Under the pieces are notes generated by a model, which had not been told where the DNA came from, ran no database searches, and saw only the letters and a program-made list of their open reading frames with translations. A stretch of 61,300 bases of DNA, the filler included, from Fonticula-like sp. SCN 57-25 (lineage: Eukaryota): the NCBI GenBank assembly GCA_001724245.1. It is 2 parts of 2 records of this genome, joined end to end, with 100 filler letters (N's around TTAATTAATTAA, not from the genome) between each part and the next. Parts side by side here need not be neighbours in the genome. Positions count along the whole stretch, not along the records: positions 1 to 31,113 come from MEDX01000046.1; 1 more part is not named here. One strand, given 5' to 3'. Positions within the stretch are counted from its first letter, which is position 1; every line of letters starts with the position of its first letter. Positions 1-12,707 of this stretch are shown one piece after another. A program made the position numbers and the translations under genes.

Positions 1-331
1 CAACCTCATTCTGTCGCGCGCAATTTTCCCAACTTTGAGCCACGTTCGCGTCGCCGTCCCCGCGCGCGACTACGAGCAAGCCATCTCTAGTGCCTCTGAA
101 GGCGCCGCCTCCACCGGCCTGGCCGACGCCGTCGCCAAGGCACAGCAGGACGCAGAGGCGATTGCCGCCAAACGGGCGCAGGCGAAGCTTGCTGCGCGCA
201 GGAACCGCCCTGCGTCGCCGCCGAGCCAGCTTGTTCCGGATATCAAACGCATGCGCCTGATGCTGCAGGAGGAGCGCGAAGAGAGCGAGCGGTTCGACGA
301 AATGCTCGATCTGCTCGCGGCTTCAACCTAA
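1..331 (+). CDS. 3' end of an unidentified protein (alpha-helical/coiled-coil C-terminus), truncated by window edge
   Basis: Frame open from position 2 to TAA at 331 with GC3-rich codons, followed by AT-rich 3' UTR-like DNA. No recognisable motif. Confidence 0.55.
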   Translation, partial: NLILSRAIFPTLSHVRVAVPARDYEQAISSASEGAASTGLADAVAKAQQDAEAIAAKRAQAKLAARRNRPASPPSQLVPDIKRMRLMLQEEREESERFDEMLDLLAAST

Positions 332-464
332 CATGTTTGGTGTACATATTTACCTGTGTTATTATTTCTATATTGATGATAATTCATATAATACCAATGC
401 GATCAATACGACTTTTGCAATTCCTCCCAATGCCATTCTCCATACACACATAAAATTATATAAT

Positions 465-3400
465 CTACATTCGCGCGGCAAAGTAGACCGACAGCGAAGC
501 CCGATGCGCCTTTAGATTGTTGAGCGCCTCCATTGCCCCATGCCAATTGTTGGCCGCCGCCCTATTTTGGTCGCTCTCAATGTCGCGCCGCAGGATGAAC
601 CCGCTGGGTGGCGCGCCGGCGGCCACGGGCGGCCCGTACATCGGCGTGCGCGCGAGCGAATTCAGCTCGTCCTCCAAGATGGCGATGGACGACGAAAGAT
701 GAGTCAGCATGAACAGCGCCTTTTCCTCCATTGAGAGCTGCGTCAAAACTAGATGGACGCCATGCTGGTTAGATATCGCGGCAGACAAGTGAGCGCGCGC
801 ACCATCTTCTACAGAAGCACCGGTAACCATGCTTGTCGCCGCCGAAGCCAGCTGGCTTGACGCGCTGTCCGGCGAAAGCCCGCCCTCCTGCTTGTCCTCC
901 TGCGAGGGCGCAATGTGGGACACGTAGAGGTGCGGCGCGTCGGGGCCGAGGTCCAGCTCCTCAACCTCGGGGAGGTGCAGCTGGTCAAACCTCGCGCGCT
1001 CGTCGTCGGTGATGTCGGCCAAAAAGTACACGGCAAGCGCCACAAACAGCTCGCTATCAGGGCATGAGCAAAAGCATACAAAGGGATATAGGTAGGATCG
1101 TACGCGTTGAGGTAGAGTTGTGCATGGCCGAGCTGCACTGTAAGGCCATTCTGGCGGAAAACGCGCTTCCTTTCAAAGTACTCTTTCAGGCGGAACAGCG
1201 CGTTGAGTGCCGTGAAGCGCGTTGCTTCGCTCGGCGTGTGCGTCGAGACGGCCTCTTGCACTTCGCTCATCATTTCCGACGTCAGGTCGGACCCGGCTAG
1301 CAAAACTGATAAGCAAAAAAGATGACTGCAGGGCAAGGAGCGCACCAATTGTTGCCAGCAATGCAGCCGTCGCGTTGCCGCTGCGGCCCTTTGCGTCGCC
1401 AATCTGCACGGCGTGTCAGCACGTACAACTTAATACTGTTTTGCGGTACCGTGTCTTCAAAGCGAAGGGCAAAGATGGGCCGGTCGCCGTCCTGCCGCCG
1501 AAGCGCGTGACCGCTCACAAGTGTCTTTAGCTAATCATTGCCGGCAACGTGAATACGCAGCTGGCCAATAAATGAGACGCCACGTACCTCGAAATCAACG
1601 ACCGCCATCTTGACGATGAGCCGATGCTCCTCGCTGTCCTTCACCTTGTGATGCTCAAACGACATGCCCGCGCTCGTGACGGCAATCTAACCAAAGTAAG
1701 TAACACTACCAATGCTGCCGCCCTTTGTACCTTGGCAATCTCTACTTCGTTGCTGCTGGATGCTTCGCTCTCCTGCAGCAGCAAAATATCAATGCGCTTT
1801 GCCAGCATCCCCACCGCGTATCTACAGCAAAACTGTCAGTCAACGGCACACTGCAAGCTGTATTGCGCACGTGGGCAACCGAGACACGACGCTGAATGCA
1901 GAGAGCGTCTCGAGCTCGCCGTCGTCGTCCGGGTTGGGCAGGAACGCCAGCAGACTCGTCCAGTTGAAGGACGACGGCTCGGCGGGCTGCGTCTGCAGAG
2001 GCGAGACGTCCTGGTCGCCCTCGCGCTTGAGACCGAAAAAGTGCTGCAGGCAGAGCGGGAACGGTTTTGGCGCCGCGTACTGCTTCTGCAGCAAAAAGAG
2101 GAAATGGAGCGTGGAGCGCGGGATGCTCATGCGCAGATCGTCAATCATGGCGCTCACAAGCAGCTGTGGCGACGCCGTATTGTCCCACTTAAACCCTTTT
2201 TGTTGTGTTAGAACCCAAAGAAACTGCGAAAGAGACACACCTAACCGAACTTCTCCAAATTCGACGATGGGGCGGACGCGCAGGTCTTGCGAAAGGAGCA
2301 CGGTCGAGAGCGAGCTGGCTTCCCCGCTGTCCATCATCGACATAAAGTTGATTGAGAATGGCTGCGTCCAGAGATCTAAATTGGTCGTCGCCAAGTTATT
2401 TCCCGCCTAAACCAACGAATCAGCATGCCTGTAATGTACGAATTGCGCGCCGCACCTTGACGTTGTCGCCCACATAGTCGGACGCCGCCTGCGGGAACGC
2501 GTCTTCAACCGTCATGAGCGCAAAGGTCGGCTGCGGCAGGTCGCGGTGCCCTGCCAGGATGAGCTTTTTGAGGTAGACGGTCGCCAGCGGGCTCGTGAAT
2601 GAGCGCGGGTACAGCCGCACGGTCGGCCCGTTAATGTCTACGTAGCACTGGAACGTGTTGAATGCCGGCGCCCGCTCGTCGCTCGGCTGGGACGCGCCGG
2701 AAGGCGATGACGCGGGACGCGTGGGCGAAAACGTCTGCTGCGACCTGGCCGACGCGACGCTGGCTGTTGACGGCGACCGCTGCTTGGTCTGCGTGTTGCC
2801 GTCGGTGAAGCTCGAGGGTAGCGACGCGTTCGACGCCGTGGAGCCGCGGCGGCGGTGCCCCTGGCTGCCGTCAATGCTGACCGCCGGCGAGCCTTTCGCA
2901 GAGAGCGGCTGCGCGACCTGGACCATGCGCGCGGCGGTAAAGTACGCCACGAGGAAATCGACGCACTCTTCGTGCAGATTGATGTCGATTCTCCGTAGCC
3001 GCAGCTGCACCTCCTTGCCGTACATTGGCGGGCTGGGGCACGGCGTCGTCTGCGAAAAGGAGAACCGCAGAATGTAGGGGATCTCGTGGTCATCCGCGCG
3101 GGCGAGCGCCCTGATGGCGGGGACAAAACCCGAGATGGCCTCGTCGCTCTTGGCCACCATTGCGATAGGCTGCTCGCAAGGCTTAGTTAAAAAGCGAAAA
3201 AATACACAAAAAAAGTCGCACCCGCACGTCCTTGGCGCCCGTTCCCAGCGCGACGGCGTGGAGGGAAAGGAGGTCAAACTGCGTCTGGTAGAGCTCCTCA
3301 AGCTCAGCGCGGTCTTTGTGGTAGCGGGAGGCGCTCAGCTGGCTGTAGTGCAGCCGATCCAGCTGGATGCCAACCCCGCGCACCGCATGGTCGGAAAGCG

Positions 3401-4850
3401 CCGCCGCCACGAGAGGCGAAAAGCCGGGAGCGACGGTGGGCGGCTGGATAAACTCGAGCTGCAGGCGCTGGATGTGCACCTGGAGAAGCGTGCTCGGCCG
3501 CTCCGCCTGGAGGCCAGCAGAGCCCTCAAACGCCGCCATGTTTGCGAGCCGCGAAGAGGCGGCTTTCATGGCGTACTTTTTCTTTTTGCGCGGCGCCTCC
3601 TGCTGCGCGGCCGTGCCTGTGGAAAGATTGAGGCTCGAATTGGCAAGGTCGGCTGCTGTTGCGATCGCAACGCGCTGAAGGGCCACAGCCAAGTCGAGGA
3701 CTGTCGCCATTTGCTCTGGCGTCAATTTTACCTATCGCGCAAAGTTGGCATAAATAATAACAATATGGGGCTGTGGTGCGCACCTTGAGGATGCCGTGCA
3801 CGTAGAGAGCAATGTCCGACCGAAGGAGCGCGCTGTTGGATAGCTTTTTTCGCAATAGTAAATGGGCGACCATTGGTACTCCCTTGAATATGGAGACAAT
3901 ACCGGGAATGCCATTCAAAAGCGACTCGATCTGCGCACCGCGCAAGAGAGCGTGCGATGCATCGCTGCTGCCCGAATAGGCGACAATGTAAGCCGATGCA
4001 GTGAGCGACGCCTTTCGATAGATGTTTTGCGACTCGTCGTCGCGGTTAAAGCGGCGCGCGCTCTTGAGGTCAACAACTTTCCATTCATTGTCCGTCTGCT
4101 CGATCCTGAGGTCGTTCAGGACAAGGACCGAGAGCGGCGAATTGCTGGCGACATCGGGTTAGGACGCGGGCTTGTTTAGCGTGCTGGTGGCGCACCGCAT
4201 GGCGCCCGTGACCAAATCAGGGACAGGTTGAGATACCAGCACAATACTCAAACGCTCAATTCTAAAGCAAATTCCATCGGCTAAGGCAAGCATCTTAGCA
4301 CACACGACAGGGCGAGGCTGGATTCGTACTAATCTTGCTCGTCCTTCCGTACTCTGCCTTGCTCGCCCTGGGTAAATGCATCAGCCACGCGTCGCAAGCA
4401 CACATTGTACGTACTGTTGCTTGTTAAAGTCGGACCACTTTGACGGAAGCGGTATTGGCTCGGGCAGCTCGCGCAGCACCATGTCGAGCGACCGCACGTC
4501 CACCACCGTCGGCACCGACATGATCTTGGTGGGAGACACCTGCAGCGCATACACGTCAGCATCCCGCCATTGCTCGTGGGAATAGGACACGTACATTAAT
4601 GATAATGCCGGAAATTTGCAGCCGATCAATGCCGAGGCTTTCAAAACCGAGGATCTCTCGAATCACATCCTCGTTCAGATCTGTGACGCATGTCGTCAGC
4701 AACATTGATGAAAGCAAGAAGCGACGCACAAATATTTTGCAGGTGAGCCTCTGCCTTTGACAAATTAACACTCAGGTCTCGCTTGTAGTCAAAATTCTTG
4801 CAGAATATATCAATAATGTCCCCGAAGAACGACTTGACGAGGCTCTCCAT
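465..4850 (-). CDS. BLTP3: Bridge-like lipid transfer protein, BLTP3/SHIP164 (UHRF1BP1-like), Chorein-N domain; many short introns
   Basis: Spliced N-terminus MESLVKSFFGDIIDIFCKNF..LSVNLSKAEAHLQNI/LNEDVIREILG..EYG..DGICFRIERLSIVL..LNDLRIEQTDNEWKVVDLKSARRF..IYRK..LLRKKLSNSALL parallels the UHRF1BP1 N-terminus. GT-AG junctions were traced at the 5' exons and across 1290-1870; the remaining ORFs (2420-3301, 3183-3725, 465-1043) are joined by inference. Confidence 0.75.
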
Positions 4851-5115
4851 CGTATCGGTGCGCGCGCTTGCAAGAAATCCGATGGGAATCTGCCCCGGAT
4901 TGTAAATCATGCTTGCGTCAGCCTTGGACCAGGGGCCACCGCACACAGGGATCGTGTTTCTCCGTGGAATGCAAGAGATGCCCCGCATTCTTTTGGTAAA
5001 TTTCTTAATACTGGATATAGCACTATATTACTCATGGCCTCAACCAAGTGTTGGTTACAACCTTTATGATGGATACTTGCCTAAATCGGCTGTCGAAGAA
5101 TGCCGGCATCTCTGC

Positions 5116-6070
5116 TCAGCTTTTGCTGACAGAAAAGAACGGCTCAAAACCGTCCACCAAAGCGACCTCGCTCGACGACGGCGCCGACATCACCACGAGA
5201 TCGCCAAACCCTTTGTTCGCCGTGTGCGTAAGGATCTGGTTCCCGTTCGCCGGCACCCTGCTGCCAAGCATGTACCCGTCTGCGGCAATGTCCGCGACGG
5301 AATAGCCCAGCGTCTTGATGTCGTGCACAGTGATGCGCAACAGCGCAACGTCATACACCATCACGGAAATGTCACGCACAACGTTACTCCAAACGCATGC
5401 ATAGTACCCGTCTTGCGGGACATCACAGGCGACAGGCAACCCGGCGGACATGACGGAATCCAGATCCCTCGTGACAATTCCCACCGTAACGGCGGCGTTA
5501 TCAAAAGCCACATTGGCGATAGCGGTGGTGAAGTTGACAGAGGGGAAATACAAGGTGTTTTCAATAGGCATCGGCAGCTTGCCGCCACCGAGAGGGCAGG
5601 CATAAGCCGTCGCCCATTCAAAAATATAGGAGCACGTAGGTGACTCTTTAACAAAAACTGGAGCACCCACGCCAGCGGTGCTGTTGCAGATCATATTCAA
5701 GTAAAAAATCGTCTCAGAGTTTGCGCACGGAGTAGCTTTAGCTCCGTTTCGAATTCCGACGCTTGGACGGACTCGATCCTATCCGCACCCAAGGATGCCA
5801 GCGCCCCACCTGCCATCCGGCACGCCATAGCGGTCTCGTTGCAATGCGGATTGCCCTCAGGCATGTACTCGTCGTAGTGCAGAGTACCGCAAGGCGTTAT
5901 TAGGTGTTCATATGACGACGATTGTTTTACCGGACCCCAGTTACGGCCGCCGAGCGGTGAAAGGTCGATTATGCGGCCATCAGGGAGCGCATGCTGGCAG
6001 TTGTCTTGAGCTTGCGCGACGACAAGCAGCGCCAGCAGACCCACGAGCGAGACCAAGTTTGCACGCCCAT
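5116..6070 (-). pseudogene. Frameshifted gene for a secreted mannose-6-phosphate-receptor-homology (MRH) domain protein
   Basis: Signal peptide LVSLVGLLALLVVAQA and MRH motifs C..DGRIIDLSPL, ITPCG, NG..TPC..IFYLNMIC, ESPTCSYIFEWATAYACP. ATG at 6070 is out of frame with the signal peptide, and a second frame change near 5730-5780 has no suitable GT-AG intron. Confidence 0.55.
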
Positions 6071-6443
6071 TGCCTTGGGCTCACAACAAAAAGGCGAAGA
6101 GCAGCTGGTACGCTATTGGTCAGGGAAGAAGGCTAAGAGCCAATGGCGAGCGAGTAAACTTGCTGACTCACCAAGTTCCGATAAGATTGCAGTGATAGAC
6201 CACTTTGGATCCCATCAGGAACAAACAAAAGGATATCAGGACACCAAGTGACGCAATCGCGCGAAATCGCGTGCTCGTTTGGCGTGCTCGCCTTGTCGTC
6301 AACAGAAAGTGTCGCCGTCGACGGAAAAGTGAACAAGATCGCCGCGCGCCTTACCGTCGCCCGCCGACTTGCTTCTACTTGAGTACTTGGTCTTTTTGTC
6401 TCTTTTCTTTTCTTTTTTTGGTTTGGTTTTGGTTTCGCCAACG

Positions 6444-7460
6444 ATGCCTGCTGCTCTATTGCAACCGGTCATGCCAAACTTGGCGCGAACGAGCGGAAAC
6501 ACCGAGCAGCTTCGGGATTTGTGGAAGCTGTTTTCCAAGGTGAAGGACTCTATGGAGAACGGCCGCCGCTTTGAGAACCTGAGCTGGAGGCTGTGGTTCA
6601 AGAGCAACGTCAATGAAGACCCCAGCGCGCTTGCGGTCTACATCAACAAGATTGGCCTGAGCCCTGACGCGAACGCATCCGTCGCATCCCCGACGGGCGC
6701 CGAGGAAGCGTCGCAAACTCTGCGTACTCCGCTCAAGGCGGCCCAGCCGGAAGCGCCTGCTGCCGTTCACCCCCGCGCCCTCTTCCGCGTGCTGGACGAC
6801 TCGCCCACCGTGTCTGCAAAGCCTGCCGCATCTGCAAAGCCCGCCGTGTCGCAGGTCTACGCCGCCGCCGTGGCGCAGCCGTCCCCATCTGTCCCCCAAC
6901 TTTCCCAGCCCGCCAAGCCCGCCAGCCGCTCGTCCTTTTTCATTGAAGATAGCGATGATTCGGACAGCGATGTCGATGCGTCGTCGCCAAAGGCCAGCAA
7001 GCCCACTTCTCCCGATCCCGCCCCGTTGACCATGCTTTCCCGCTCCGACCACAAGGCCTCTGTGTTTTCTGCTGCCGCAAAGTTCACCGATGGCGCCAAT
7101 GCTGCGCGGACCACGCGCCCGCGCGGCGGAAGCAACCCGGTCAAGCCGACGCACATGCGAAGTCACTCGGTTACGGCAGAGCCCTGCTTTGAAAAGGTCG
7201 CTCCCGTCGCTTCAAGGTCAAGCTCGTCACTGTCGTCCCTCCTTCAACGTTCCCCTCTCAAGCAACCCTCCATGACTCGATCCCTTTCCACTTCTAGCCC
7301 TCAAGCAGCTCGCTCAATAGGCAGGCCGCTCGACGCCCCACTATCGCTGCGAAGAGATCTCGCACAAGAGCGCAAACCAATGCGGTACTGGGTCGGCGAT
7401 TGCAGCGATAGCGACTCTGCCGCGGACTCGCTCGAGTCGTCGCAGCCACCATTATGGTAA
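6444..7460 (+). CDS. DUF1752 protein with DUF3295-like C-terminus (Mks1-like regulator)
   Basis: LRDLWKLFSKVKDSMENGRRFENLSWRLW (DUF1752 signature), Ser/Pro-rich body, LSLRRDLAQERK and terminal Trp. Intronless. Confidence 0.75.
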   Translation: MPAALLQPVMPNLARTSGNTEQLRDLWKLFSKVKDSMENGRRFENLSWRLWFKSNVNEDPSALAVYINKIGLSPDANASVASPTGAEEASQTLRTPLKAAQPEAPAAVHPRALFRVLDDSPTVSAKPAASAKPAVSQVYAAAVAQPSPSVPQLSQPAKPASRSSFFIEDSDDSDSDVDASSPKASKPTSPDPAPLTMLSRSDHKASVFSAAAKFTDGANAARTTRPRGGSNPVKPTHMRSHSVTAEPCFEKVAPVASRSSSSLSSLLQRSPLKQPSMTRSLSTSSPQAARSIGRPLDAPLSLRRDLAQERKPMRYWVGDCSDSDSAADSLESSQPPLW

Positions 7461-7630
7461 TGTTTTATATCTTTTTGTGTGTTTTTCATAGTTTTGTTGT
7501 TGCATTCATGTCGCTCCGTAGTGTGTGTGTTGTGCGTCTCAAGGCGCGTGCGGTTGCACGCTCGGTGAGGCGACAGCCATTCGAATACATAATACCTCTA
7601 TTCCAATCATGCCAAAGAGAGAATCAAAAG

Positions 7631-10028
7631 CTATACAATTGCGTATTGCTGGTACAAGAGCTTTCGCACACGATAGTACACTGGCCCCGCTGGCCCCTCG
7701 ACGGTGAGCTTGCCCGTCCCCGCCTTGCGCACTGCAACCTGCGAGTTGCACACGAGCACACCCTTGTCCAGGTCGGCCTGCATGCCCTCCTCCCTGAGCA
7801 GGTCGCGCACGTTGGCGAGCATCACCTCACCAATAAAGATGGGTGTGTGCTGCGCGGCCTGCACGGGGACGTCGAGCAGGTACGTGTCGCTCTCGGTCGA
7901 ACGCGTGATGCGGGCCGAGACAAAGGCGAGCTCGTAGTCGTCCTTGTGCACGACGTGGAGCGTCGAGACGAGTGCGTCCGTCATGGTGGACTGCAGGATG
8001 TGGCGCGCCGATGACACGTCGACCGCCTCGCGCAGACGTGGAAGCACAACGTCGAGCTCGCTCTCGCCCGCCGAGCGCGTAACGTTCTTTGAGATGCAAA
8101 TGTTGCGCAGCTCCGTGAGCTGCTCGCTACTGCCGCGGACCAGCACCAGCTTGCGCGGCGCGAGGTTGGACAGCAGCGTCAGCATACTCAGCTCGTCGGT
8201 CAGGCCCTCAAAGCCGACCTTCTCAACCTGGCACTGCAGCGTGAGCGTCACATTGTGCACGATGCACTTTGTGGGCATCTGCTGCTCCTCCTGCTCGTCA
8301 TCATCATAGTCGTCGGCGTTCATCATGTCGCCGCCCGCCGCCTCGCCGCCCGCCGTGCGACGGCGCAAGCCCGACGTGACGTGCGCCGTCGACAGCGCAA
8401 AGTCCTCTTCGTTGATGAGCTCGCCATACATGTCAAAGCGGCGCTTGTCCTCGCCCAGCGGAAACATGACGCGGTTGTTGGGAAGCTTGACAAAGGCCGC
8501 GCCCGTCCGCACAAGGTCGTTCAGGTGCGCGTCGTAGCGGAAGAGCTGGCTTGCGGCGGCGCCCTTCTCGTCCTCCAGGCCGCTCTGGTCAAGCGAGCCG
8601 GCCGACTGCAGGCGGGACAGGAGCGCGCCATCAAGGCCGCCCGCGGCGAGCGCGTGCCCCTCGTCCTCCTCATCGCTCGAACTGTCGTCGTCATCGTGAA
8701 GGCGGCGCTGAGCGGCCTGCTCAAGCTTCTCCGCCGCGCGCTTGCGCTGCTCACTGCGGTAATACTCGGTGAGCTCGTTGCCTTCGAGAGGCACAAGCGC
8801 TGACATCTGCAAGAAGAAAAGAGGTCAGTAGGGAAGTAAAACAAAGGGGGGAAACGAACCCGCAGTGAGACGGTCTTGACGCCCTGCGCAAGCTGATACG
8901 CCACAGAGTCCTGCGGCGCGCTCTGCGTCAATATGATCGAGTTGTCTGCCTTGGTGGCCCACTGCATCAAAAGCTCGGCCGCTGCGCCGGACAGTCAGCA
9001 CGAAGAAAGAGAAAAAAGGTAAAAAAAGCCGCACCAAACCCGCCGGAAAGAGATGAATGCGATGTCAGGACTACCTTTGGTGAGCGCACGCGCTCCAGCT
9101 CGGCAAAGTCATGGCAGAGATGAATGTGGTTAAAGTCAAATGGGCCCGCGCCCTTGGTGTCGCGCGCCTCATCGCACATGTACTCGCCGAGAAGCTGAGC
9201 GAGACTCGTTGTCGTGTAGCTAAAATTCGTCAGCAGAGCCAGTCCATAGCCAAGCCGCCGCATGTTGCGCTCGTTCTGGGACCACGCGCGGTCGAGGATG
9301 AGTGCCAATTCGAGGATGCGGCCCGCAGAGTCCACCGGGATCAGCACGTTGCCCGACCGCTGGAGCGTCTTGAATATCGTGTCCTTCAGGTTGGACTCGC
9401 GCATCTTGCGTGACTCCTGCTTAATACCCATCGATGTGGCGCCCGTGATGAGCAGCGTCGGCGAGAGACCCTCCATGCTAAAGCTGGGGAGATGCGCCTC
9501 AGAAAAGATGTTGAAATCGACAGAAAACACAATCTCGTCCGTCTCGGTCAGGATGAGCCACGCGGTGCCGCCAAGCATGTGTCCCGCAGGGCGCGCCGTC
9601 ACGGAAATTCCCTTTCCGCGCCCGACGAGGTCGATGCGCTGATTGTACTTTATTACCTGCCACCGCATCTCGTTGAACGCAGCATCAACTTCGTTCAGGG
9701 TGAACCCCGTAAACTGCTCGCGCAAACTGCGAGACATGTACGCATCATATAAAAACATTTGACCCATATTGTGCACCGGCTGCGTGCCATAGATGGGGGC
9801 GTTGAGGCCGAAGCGTGCCACGGCGACCGGCAGCGCTCCCAAATGCGGCACATCCGGATGCGATAGTAAAACAGCGTCGATTTGCGGAGCATAGCGCGTC
9901 AGCGCCGCTTCAACTTCTCCAACATCAAACTTTTCATTCCAGCCGCAGTCTAAAAGAAGACGACAGCTGTCCACTTCGAGGAGGCCGGCGCCGTCCCACA
10001 ACTGGGTGTACTTGATCACGGGCGGCAT
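7631..10028 (-). CDS. CPSF2: Cleavage and polyadenylation specificity factor subunit 2 (CPSF100), 2 introns
   Basis: LLDCGW, DAVLLSHPDVPHLGALP, AGHMLGGTAW, GNVLIPVDSAGRILEL, PKVVL, VPLEGNEL, FEGLTD, YYRVRKLLYQQYAIV. Confidence 0.95.
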
Positions 10029-10595
10029 TCCTCCACCGCCACCGTCGGTGCGGAGTCGTTTTGAAACCGACCTTACCCGATGAAAATCTGAAAGTTTGCT
10101 TTCAAATTATTAGTTACTCGTTCCTATTAGAGCGCCCTTACAAGCAAAAGGAGAGAATAACATGAATAAAGAGGCTTTAAATATTTGCACAATGGCTAGT
10201 GTTGTGGCTGATCGGGTAAAAGTAAAAGTTGCTGGTGCCAGGAGTGAGCAAACGCGGGCGAAATGCTCCATCGCCTCATAAAAATGCCCCGGCAACAACG
10301 CACAGAAGAGTATGTGTGATATTCCCCGCTTAATTGGGTACTGCCTCGCAAATACGTCGGCCTATAATCATATGTTGCGGCTATTCATATGGATCCATAT
10401 CTGAAAAGGCGCTCGGAGCACAACCCAACTGATTGCCTTCAGTTGATTCAGAAATTTCGATGACGTCAGTCTCCCGCCAAACCCCTAACTACACAACCGC
10501 GTCGGCCGACAAACAACGCTCAGGGCCATTAGCCACCGCACCCCCGCTCCCCTTTTGAGCGTTAACAAGCAGTACGTGGACGCCGCCGAGTAGCT

Positions 10596-11875
10596 ATGGG
10601 GAACGCCGCGGCGAAACAGGCGGACGAGAACACGCAGGTCGATGGCGGGTTCCTCTTTCCCACGGGGACCGTCTACGCCAAGACGGATTGCGATCTGCGC
10701 ATCGTCAAGAGGGTGCGTCCCGCGTGCCCTGCTCGTTTGTGTTGGCTCAACTTTTGTGCAGCTGATTCTGGACCGGAAGATGGCGCCGTTCTATGTGGGT
10801 TTGGAGGACGAAAAGGCGCAGGACGCCGTCGAATGCCCCATATGTTTTCAGGTACCTCCACGATTATCCGAGCTGATTATAAAAGTGGCACTCACGCGCG
10901 CCTCGCAGACAATGCCACCCAATATTAATATGACGCGGTGCTGCTGGCAACCCATGTGCACCGAGTGCTTTCTTCAAATCCGGCATCCGCCATCGAACGG
11001 CCCCGCCGTGTACGTTGCCTTCAAACTTTGCTGCCTTTGTGTCTTACACCCCCTTGCGCAGGTGCCCGTTCTGTGTTGAGCCCGAGTTTGGTGTAACATA
11101 CAAGCCGCCGGCTGCCCTGCCGGCATCGCCCACCAGCGCGACCGAGAGCGGCGAGCACATACGTGCAAAGTCTGTTCCGCACACGTCGCCGTTGGTGGTC
11201 ACTGTCGGTGCGACGCTGCCGCGCCGCTCACACTCGTTACTGACTCAAGTTAATGCGTAGACCAAGTGCGCCCGAATGTCCGCCGCACCATGTCGGTCAC
11301 TGCGCGCGCAGCAGAGCTTGTCCGGCGCACAACGGTGACGACCACCGCGCGAATCGGGACGCGCACTTCTGGAGAGCGGCGCGTCGAACAAGGGTACGAG
11401 CACTTGTTCACTTTACAATGCACCTGCTTTGATAGAGAGTCAATTGGCTTATGTAATACCTAAACTAGGCGCCCGACGCGAGCGAGCAGCACGGTGAGCG
11501 CGGCCGCTCGAAGCATGCCAAATTCGGCGCCGCAGCTGCAAATGGCGTCGAGCTATCACGCAGAGACGCATCGGGCGATTTTCGGGCAACTTTTGTGTAC
11601 TCATTTGCCTTTTTTGCCTTGAAAGTGCCCTTTTAACATTTGTTTAATATGCAGCAGCGTCGCGAGATGTCGCAGAAGAGCTGGATCAGATGCTTCTCAT
11701 GGAAGCCATTCGGCAGTCACTTGCCGAATCAAATGGCGGCAATGCTGCTCAGGGGATAGTAGTCGAGAGTGACAGCGATAGCGACAGCTCGTTGTACTCG
11801 CTATCGTCGTCGTCAGTGTCGTCGGTGTCGTCAAGGGCGGTGTCGGTCTTTGCGAGCGACGATGGGGGAGATTGA
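10596..11875 (+). CDS. SIP5: SIP5-like RING-type zinc finger protein with N-myristoylation motif and C-terminal UIM-like helix; multi-exon
   Basis: MGNAAAK; VDGGFLFP; LILDRKMAPFYVG; ECPICF; NMTRCCWQPMCTECFLQI; CPFCVEPEFGVTY; ELDQMLLMEAIRQSL. Confidence 0.85.
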
Positions 11876-12707
11876 CGGCCAGAGCATGATTGAGGTGCAT
11901 TGGGGGCGAATGCAGTCAAGTAATGTAATGGATATTATGTGTTTAGTTGAATATTTATATAATTAGCGCTTTGTATTGTTTGCTCTTTTAATAGAAGTTA
12001 TCTTATTACCTGAAGAAGATGGAAATTTGTTAATGCAAGATTGTATGCATGGCTTTATTATTACTCTTCTCAAGTGGTACTGCACTTCAAGTAACAATAT
12101 TATGTGTCATTCAGTTTAAATACGGCACAGAAACCATACTGCGCTGCATAGCAGATTGGAATCAGACGGAATCAGACGGTTTTATTTTTCGTTCTGGCAT
12201 GTCAGAGAACTCAAATTAAAAGGCGCCCAGCTTCCCCTGTAGAAAAAGCACTACAGTATGCTTGTTCTGTTTATGTGTGTCAAATGAGAAAATTATAGCT
12301 TTGAAAAACGGTTTTTTCCTATTGAATTTTTGTGTTTTACTAACATTATCGGGATGCATTACAATCAATGCAACTGGAACCAACCAAAAATCGAAACATC
12401 AGAAACCGAGTTTTAAAAGATGAAATATTCACAATTTGACAGCATAGATAGACAAACGATGATGTAAATAGCCTAGAAATAAAGATCCCATTCTCATTGG
12501 AAGTGTATTGATTGAGAAAAATATAAAAACACACGAAAAAACGCAAAAAATCGCCGCACTGCCCCTCAAGTATTGATATTTTTTGGACACCATTTTTGTG
12601 CATACAAACGATGTAATTTCGTCAAAAATAACTCAACAATAGTACAGTATGTATGCTCTGCGTTCAAATACAGTATTATTAAAAGATGCATGGTCAATGA
12701 AAATACA

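Noticed and set aside
1405-1427. Possible 23-nt micro-intron in BLTP3
   Set aside because: The reading frame is satisfied by the 46-nt intron using the upstream GTACCG donor.
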